The notes under the pieces are model-generated. The model saw nothing but the letters and a program-made list of their open reading frames with translations, was not told the origin of the DNA and ran no database searches. DNA of 64,000 nt from contig OZ241986.1 of NCBI GenBank assembly GCA_965204375.1, positions 1,728,001 to 1,792,000 of the forward strand. Direction: 5' to 3'. How positions within the stretch are numbered: the stretch's first letter is position 1; each line of letters opens with the position of its first letter. A program made the translations under genes and the position numbers. The stretch comes from Candidatus Latescibacterota bacterium. Its GTDB lineage: Bacteria > Latescibacterota > UBA2968. Positions 58,415 through 64,000 of the stretch are shown piece by piece.

Positions 58415-59173
58415 TCACGACAATGGAAACGGCATCCCGACCTTTGGAAAATGTCCAAATTGATCTTCGCCGCGCAATACAATAGGTTCCCATGACTGCT
58501 TGTGTGAATTGAGCGTGGTCTGTTTGACATGTGGAGGAATGAACCGAACCGTCAGCCCGCACCGCCGTCGATTTGACCGATTGGGATTGCTCGCGTGGAA
58601 TAATTGCCCGTCGTGAACCGACATCTGCCCGGCTTTCAACACAATATCGATCGCCGTGCTATCATCGACATATTCATCCGGAATCTCCTGATTAATACTC
58701 AACAAATTGCCTTCCCGCGCGGATTTGTCGTGTACTGCAATCCCATTTTTGTGCGACCCCGGTATGAAGCGCATACACCCATTCTCCACATCCGCATCGT
58801 CAATAGCGATCCATGCCGTGTGTGCAATAGGCGGTTTCAGGCCCCAGTACGTAATATCTTGATGCCAAGCCACGAATATCTTTGCCTCTGGATCGGGATA
58901 TTTGCAAAAAAAGTGGGTGGATAACAGCATCACATTGTCGCCCATCACAGCCTGCATTATGTCTAAGATCCGCTTATCCGTTGCCAGTTGCCAGATAAAT
59001 GCCTCGTCAAAATGCCGCCCCTGCAAACCGATCTGGCACTTCTCCTTGCCTTCACGCGCTTCCAAATCGTCAAATAATGCGCGAAATTGACCGATCTCGC
59101 GTACTGAAAACACATCGACTTCTGTCAAAAATCCCTGCGTCTCGTAAGTTTCGACCATAGAATCCAAAGGCAT
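58415..59173 (-). CDS. PhyH-family Fe(II)/2OG dioxygenase
   Basis: WHQDITYW, NGCMRFIPGSH, HASNPN...RRCG. Confidence 0.9.
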   Translation of the reverse strand: MPLDSMVETYETQGFLTEVDVFSVREIGQFRALFDDLEAREGKEKCQIGLQGRHFDEAFIWQLATDKRILDIMQAVMGDNVMLLSTHFFCKYPDPEAKIFVAWHQDITYWGLKPPIAHTAWIAIDDADVENGCMRFIPGSHKNGIAVHDKSAREGNLLSINQEIPDEYVDDSTAIDIVLKAGQMSVHDGQLFHASNPNRSNRRRCGLTVRFIPPHVKQTTLNSHKQSWEPIVLRGEDQFGHFPKVGMPFPLS

Positions 59174-59258
59174 GGTGCGTTCCTTTCGTGAGCAATGGTG
59201 AGTTGTATATAAATTATGAGGAATATCTCACACGCGCAACCCGTTTTCCAAATTGCCT

Positions 59259-59318
59259 AAAAAAAGAACCGGTTCAAAAGCGATACAATGCATAGTGCTC
59301 GCTATCAAACCGGCTTTT
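59259..59318 (-). terminator. Imperfect hairpin / terminator after dapF
   Basis: CCGGTT...AGCGA / TCGCT...AACCGG arms with a minus-strand T run. Confidence 0.5.
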
Positions 59319-59337
59319 AACCGTTCTATCACCTGTA

Positions 59338-60210
59338 TCAGACACCTATCTCGCGCAAAAAAGACGGACTCAGCGTACCGCGCGCCACCTCTGCCACAGG
59401 TCCCGCCATTGTCAGATTAAATTCTTCATCCACATCGATCATCAACGTGCCTCCGGGAGCTTCTACCGTCACAGGTGATGCCACCAGTCCCAAACGCACC
59501 GCAGCACTTGCCGCAGCACATGACGAAGACCCCGACGCCTGCGTTTCGCCTGCGCCGCGTTCCCAGATCAAAATGAAAATTTTATGGTCGCCTGTGGGCA
59601 CGACCAACTGCACATTGGTTCGCCTCGGAAAAATCTCGTGGTTCTCCAACTCAGGTCCCAGCCGCAACAAATCATCGCGCGACCACGCATCGCCCCTGAG
59701 CTTAAACACCACACAATGGGGATTGCCTACGCTCACACCCGTAAAAACCATATCCTCGCCAGCAGCGGTAATCGGCTGTTCGATCAGTTCTTTCACCTCG
59801 AGTGAACACGGCAATGCCTCTGGTTCAAACGTCGCCTCCCCCATCTCCACAGTCGCCGCACTCGCATCGCCCCATTCGTCGATATGCAAATCAATATGAA
59901 CCAGTCCCCCCGGTGTATCGACCGAGAATGATGTCTTGTCTAATTTACCAGTGGCATGCAAATACCGCGCAAAAATCCTCAGCCCATTGCCCGATTTCTC
60001 CGCCTCGCTGCCATCTGGATTCCATATCCGCAACCCAAAATCCGCGCGATCAGACGCTTCCAATGTCAAAATACCATCACTCCCCACCCCCCAGTTGCGA
60101 TCACAGATTTTCTCAATATGCTCTGGCGTCAATTCAAATGTCAGTTCTTTTGGATCCATCACCAGATAATCATTGCCCAATCCATGACCCTTAAAAAATC
60201 CGTTCTCCAT
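59338..60210 (-). CDS. dapF: Diaminopimelate epimerase family protein
   Basis: KGHGLGNDY, NPDGSEAEKSGNG, GNPH, WERGAGETQASGS (Ser in place of the usual Cys). Confidence 0.9.
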   Translation of the reverse strand: MENGFFKGHGLGNDYLVMDPKELTFELTPEHIEKICDRNWGVGSDGILTLEASDRADFGLRIWNPDGSEAEKSGNGLRIFARYLHATGKLDKTSFSVDTPGGLVHIDLHIDEWGDASAATVEMGEATFEPEALPCSLEVKELIEQPITAAGEDMVFTGVSVGNPHCVVFKLRGDAWSRDDLLRLGPELENHEIFPRRTNVQLVVPTGDHKIFILIWERGAGETQASGSSSCAAASAAVRLGLVASPVTVEAPGGTLMIDVDEEFNLTMAGPVAEVARGTLSPSFLREIGV

Positions 60211-60243
60211 AATTACTCCTGTTTTTGTAGTAGTCTGAACACG

Positions 60244-61539
60244 CTAACCAACAATCACCGCGACCCGATGCATCGAATTGTTGAGGTACCCCTTAGGATT
60301 CCATACAATAGCGTGTGGTTGGCTTATCCCTTGCGAATCGGTCGCCCTTGCCCAGATCTCGTAATATCCCGCTTTGGGAAATGCGATCTTCGCCCGCCAG
60401 TTCTGCCATGCATACGCATTCACTGGCTCATCGAGCTTCGTATCAATCCATGTTGCGCCGAAGTCAATGGACAGACGAACAGAATCGACTTTCCGGTCTC
60501 CCGCCCAGGCGTGCCCGCGCACTTCCAGAGTCCTCCCAGCCATCTTGTGACCGGTAGCGGGATTGGTAATTAACGACTTAACCTTCATAGCGTGGATAAT
60601 CTCGAAGTCCTTCTCATCTACCTTTTCTCCGGGCGCTATCATCCGACTGGGTACCCGATAATCCATTCCCGTCATCTTCGGACCATCGTGAACCCGATCT
60701 CGCAACCAGATGCGGGTCAGCCATTTCTGTGAGCATGACCCCGACCAACCGGGAATAATCAGGCGCAACGGCGCACCGTTCATGGGATGGATCGCTTTGC
60801 CATTCTGGCCGAAAGCAATGAGATTGTGCTCGTCCATCGCCTTCTCAATCGGCACCCCTCGCGAAATGGGAAGCCGTCCTTCCTCACCAGAAACGTGAGT
60901 ATCAGCCCCCACATGCGCGGTATAAACCACATTGTCTTTCACCCCAGCAGACTTGAGAACATCGGATAGGCGAACGCCGGTCCACTCCGAGCACGCCACA
61001 GCACCATAGGTCCATTGGCTACCATCCGCAGGAGGCTCAAAGAAAGCACGTCCATTGCCGCCACATTCCAGTGTCAGTGCTCTGGTAACGACTTCAAATC
61101 GCTGTCTGAGATCGTCAATACTGAGCGTCATGGAATTATCCACCAGACCATCAATCGTCAACTTCCAATCCACCGCATCCGTATTCTCCGGCGGAATGCC
61201 ATTGTTGCGGATAAAGTGTCTCTCTGTCGGAGTAATCGCATCATCGAGCAAATGCGGCGGCGTTTCCGCATTCAATGGCCGATCATTGAGCACGGTCAAG
61301 CCATCCTTGCCCTGAATCATATCCTCTGCAGCGAGGGCGACAGGAATAAAATGAGCCGGGATATTTCGATGAAACGGAATCGCTGCCCCGACCATTGCCC
61401 CCATCATCGCCAACCCTGCCTTCTTCAAAAATCCCCGCCTGTCGGGATGCGTCTCGCGGCCCAACAATAAGTAGTCGGCCTCATCGGAATTTTTCTGATA
61501 GAGTTCGAATAGACCTTGTTCTGTCATGTTTTTGTTCAT
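60244..61539 (-). CDS. Tat-exported sulfite oxidase-family molybdoenzyme (SorA/SoxC-like)
   Basis: RRGFLK Tat motif, FIRNNG, ECGGNGR (Mo Cys), NGAPLRL, WNPKGYLNN. Confidence 0.92.
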   Translation of the reverse strand: MNKNMTEQGLFELYQKNSDEADYLLLGRETHPDRRGFLKKAGLAMMGAMVGAAIPFHRNIPAHFIPVALAAEDMIQGKDGLTVLNDRPLNAETPPHLLDDAITPTERHFIRNNGIPPENTDAVDWKLTIDGLVDNSMTLSIDDLRQRFEVVTRALTLECGGNGRAFFEPPADGSQWTYGAVACSEWTGVRLSDVLKSAGVKDNVVYTAHVGADTHVSGEEGRLPISRGVPIEKAMDEHNLIAFGQNGKAIHPMNGAPLRLIIPGWSGSCSQKWLTRIWLRDRVHDGPKMTGMDYRVPSRMIAPGEKVDEKDFEIIHAMKVKSLITNPATGHKMAGRTLEVRGHAWAGDRKVDSVRLSIDFGATWIDTKLDEPVNAYAWQNWRAKIAFPKAGYYEIWARATDSQGISQPHAIVWNPKGYLNNSMHRVAVIVG

Positions 61540-61544
61540 CGTTG

Positions 61545-61769
61545 CTACCTCTTTTCCGCTGTCAGCATCAGCCGCTCGCCCTTGGGTTCCGGTATGGGAT
61601 CGCCAAACTCTTTTGCAGTATCAATCCAGAGAGCTATCGCTTGATTGACGTTCTTGAGAGTAGCTTCTTGTGTGTCGCCATGAGCCATACATCCGGGCAG
61701 TTCAGGCACTTCAGCCACAAAAGCATCGTCCTCATTACTCCAATAGAGAATGATCTCATATTTGTACAT
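61545..61769 (-). CDS. hicB: HicB-family antitoxin
   Basis: FVAEVPELPGCMAHGDTQE...GDPIPEP. Confidence 0.9.
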   Translation of the reverse strand: MYKYEIILYWSNEDDAFVAEVPELPGCMAHGDTQEATLKNVNQAIALWIDTAKEFGDPIPEPKGERLMLTAEKR

Positions 61770-61834
61770 AATTCATTCTTCTCCAGTATCCACTATCATT
61801 CGCATCAACTCAGTTTAATATTCACTGCCGCGGT

Positions 61835-62455
61835 TCAATCTTTACGCCCCAGAGACTCTAAGCGCGTCAGCCAGTCGCTAAACCGAGGGCATTCAGCGCG
61901 AATAGCGTCCAAACCTATCTCCATCGCTATAAGGGGACCATCAACGACCTTCTCATACTGACGTATAATCTTCAAAATCCGTTTGCTCGGGGCTGTTTCA
62001 CTGTTGTCATTAATATCCTCGGGAGTCGAAAACTTTACGCGGATACTCCGCAATTTCTCAATAGACTCTTCCGATGCATCAATCGCATTTGCAAAGGCAT
62101 CCACATTTGAGAATAACAGCCCCTCAAACTCATATTGTTGGACATAGGAAATAACACGCGATTGATCCCAAGGACGATTTATCTTGCTGTCAACCCTTTC
62201 GAATATGCGCTGTTCTAACTGTTCAGGAGTTGCAGTATTTTTGTCACGAAACCCGTAAAAATCAACCAACGAAGTTACGCGTTTGAAGCTCCAAATCAGC
62301 CTTGCTATATCCGAGGCCAACCGCTCTACCGTTACGTTGCCATTGAGTAATATAGGCTGTGGTTCCACGCCTTTTGACCGCAGATGGTCTGCAAGCACAT
62401 TTTTTACGAACTCCTCTTCGGTTGGCCCCTCCACTGATATGGCGAGTCGTATCAC
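61835..62455 (-). CDS. DUF4276-like (TOPRIM-like) protein
   Basis: SVEGPTEEEF, DFYG, YEFEGLLFS, PEDIND...APSKR, CPRFSDWL; GTG overlaps the ATPase stop. Confidence 0.85.
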   Translation of the reverse strand: MIRLAISVEGPTEEEFVKNVLADHLRSKGVEPQPILLNGNVTVERLASDIARLIWSFKRVTSLVDFYGFRDKNTATPEQLEQRIFERVDSKINRPWDQSRVISYVQQYEFEGLLFSNVDAFANAIDASEESIEKLRSIRVKFSTPEDINDNSETAPSKRILKIIRQYEKVVDGPLIAMEIGLDAIRAECPRFSDWLTRLESLGRKD

Positions 62456-63600
62456 GGGCGTCCTCCGAGCAGGTTCTTCTGCCAAAGCTCACCCGAGGTG
62501 AAGTTTTCGTCGAGCCATACGCGATAGTCCTCCGGTGCCAATTTGCGAAACTTAGTGCGTCTATCCTCCATATCCAACACAAAGATATCGTCGAGATCAA
62601 ACGCATCAACAAGCAAAGGAGATTGCGTTGCTACAATGACCTGTCTTTCCCTGGCAAGGGCCTTTATCATACCTCCAATCAAGGCGATGGCTGCCGGATG
62701 CAGGCCCAGTTCTGGCTCATCTAACAGAAGAACATCGGGTAACATCTCTGGAGGAAGATTGAGGAGTGTCACCAAGGCAAAGAACCGCAGTGAGCCATCG
62801 GATGTGAGATGTGCGCCAAAGGTTTTATCCATTCCTCTGGCCTTCCATCTCAGCAATACTTTTCCATAGCTCTCCTCAATCATAAAACGATCAAAGTCCG
62901 GCAAGATCCGACCGATGTGTTGACAGATTCGTTCAAATCGCTTGATGTCTTCTCGCTCCAATCGGTACAATATAGCTGCGAGGTTACCCCCGTGACTGAG
63001 AAGCTGATTGTTGTCCTCCACATCCCATTTCGTTTTGAAGTTCGAGCCATCGGAAGTATCGTGAAACTGATATACCGAACACCTCCGCAACAGGCTGACG
63101 ATGAACTGGGTGGTAAAGCGATGGTTCGCCAAAGGCGCGTGGGGGGGTATCTCCTCCACTATCTTTGCTTCTGTGTGATCGCTTCCGAGATATTGCCAGT
63201 CTTCGTTCTTGGGGCCGCGAAATGCCTCTTCCGTGAATATAAGACGGTCAGGCTGAGCATAAGCAAGTGAAATCCGATAATCGTACCGAACTGATGAGGT
63301 TTGCATAGTTACCGACTCGATAGCTGTGGTTTGCATAGTTACCGTGGCACTCATTTTCGGACTACGCCTTCTGCCGCCAAATAATTGATCATCGGCCCCT
63401 CCTTGCATCGCGACAAATTCACCGAGTCTGCGAGGCCCGAGCATCCAGCTCAACATTTCAAAAAAGCGAATAAAATTGGATTTGCCCGACCCATTGGCAC
63501 CAATTAAGACCGCCGCTTTGGGAATCTCCGAAAGCTCGACATCAGCTAATGACCGGAACCCCTGAATACGGACCTGATCTATGAAGGTTGTTTTATTCAT
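62452..63600 (-). CDS. ABC/SMC-like ATPase (AAA_21 type)
   Basis: GANGSGKSN, SDGSLRF, LLLDEPELGLHP, ATQSP. Confidence 0.92.
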   Translation of the reverse strand: MNKTTFIDQVRIQGFRSLADVELSEIPKAAVLIGANGSGKSNFIRFFEMLSWMLGPRRLGEFVAMQGGADDQLFGGRRRSPKMSATVTMQTTAIESVTMQTSSVRYDYRISLAYAQPDRLIFTEEAFRGPKNEDWQYLGSDHTEAKIVEEIPPHAPLANHRFTTQFIVSLLRRCSVYQFHDTSDGSNFKTKWDVEDNNQLLSHGGNLAAILYRLEREDIKRFERICQHIGRILPDFDRFMIEESYGKVLLRWKARGMDKTFGAHLTSDGSLRFFALVTLLNLPPEMLPDVLLLDEPELGLHPAAIALIGGMIKALARERQVIVATQSPLLVDAFDLDDIFVLDMEDRRTKFRKLAPEDYRVWLDENFTSGELWQKNLLGGRP

Positions 63601-63666
63601 CGCATATTCTCCCTATGCGGTAGCCTGCATATCGGTCAATGAGAAATCCCATTGCTCATCACTTTA

Positions 63667-63963
63667 TCAAATCGTCGGCTGTAGTTCATAGCGCTTGACC
63701 TTAATCTGGTCTTCTCTCTTACGCGCTTGCACTAAATTATAAGCGGTCTGGCGGCGCAACCAAAATTCGGCATTAGACCATCCGGCCTTCTCCAACCGAA
63801 TAGCCATCTCTGGAGAAATAGCCGCATGACCATTCAATACGCGTGAAAGCGTGTGACGGGCTACGCCCAACACCTTCGCAGCCTCAGTAACATTTAGACC
63901 CAGAGGTTCCAGACAGTTCTCTTTGATGCTGAAGCCGGGATGTGGTGGATTCTTCATAGCCAT
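63667..63963 (-). CDS. higA: HigA-family antitoxin (Xre HTH)
   Basis: PPHPG...[18 protein letters not shown]...ISPEMAIRL...FWLRRQ. Confidence 0.92.
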   Translation of the reverse strand: MAMKNPPHPGFSIKENCLEPLGLNVTEAAKVLGVARHTLSRVLNGHAAISPEMAIRLEKAGWSNAEFWLRRQTAYNLVQARKREDQIKVKRYELQPTI

Positions 63964-64000
63964 GGTGTAGTCCTTCACTTCATCACCCCGAACAGTGCGA

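Overview
Bacterial chromosomal window, mostly housekeeping and metabolic genes. The gene style (GWxTD protein, short RpoD-type sigma, sulfatase/CocE/PhyH/heparinase-like enzymes, futalosine genes) suggests a Latescibacterota/Gemmatimonadota-like organism, but this is inference only. Core genes: infB(partial)-nusA-rimP, der, zapA, nadD, bamD, rbsK, purB-rmlC-purL, mqnB/mqnD, larB-dusB, dapF. Main points of interest: (1) an operon of nitroreductase, DsrM-like, DsrK-like, cysteine desulfurase and a two-cysteine DsrC, with no dsrAB in the window; (2) a peroxiredoxin-like gene with an in-frame TGA in a W-U-P-H-C motif followed by a hairpin, a probable selenoprotein; (3) an accessory island at 48.0-55.8 kb with a TA pair, a LeoBC/LeoA dynamin-like pair, a possible IS remnant and three copies of a 16-nt junction motif; (4) a second TA/defence patch at 61.5-64 kb; (5) several antitoxin-like genes next to short stubs that look like amputated toxin genes; (6) dispersed 7- to 9-mer tandem-repeat spacers. 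I saw no rRNA, tRNA or CRISPR array. All family calls come from reading motifs by eye, not from database searches.
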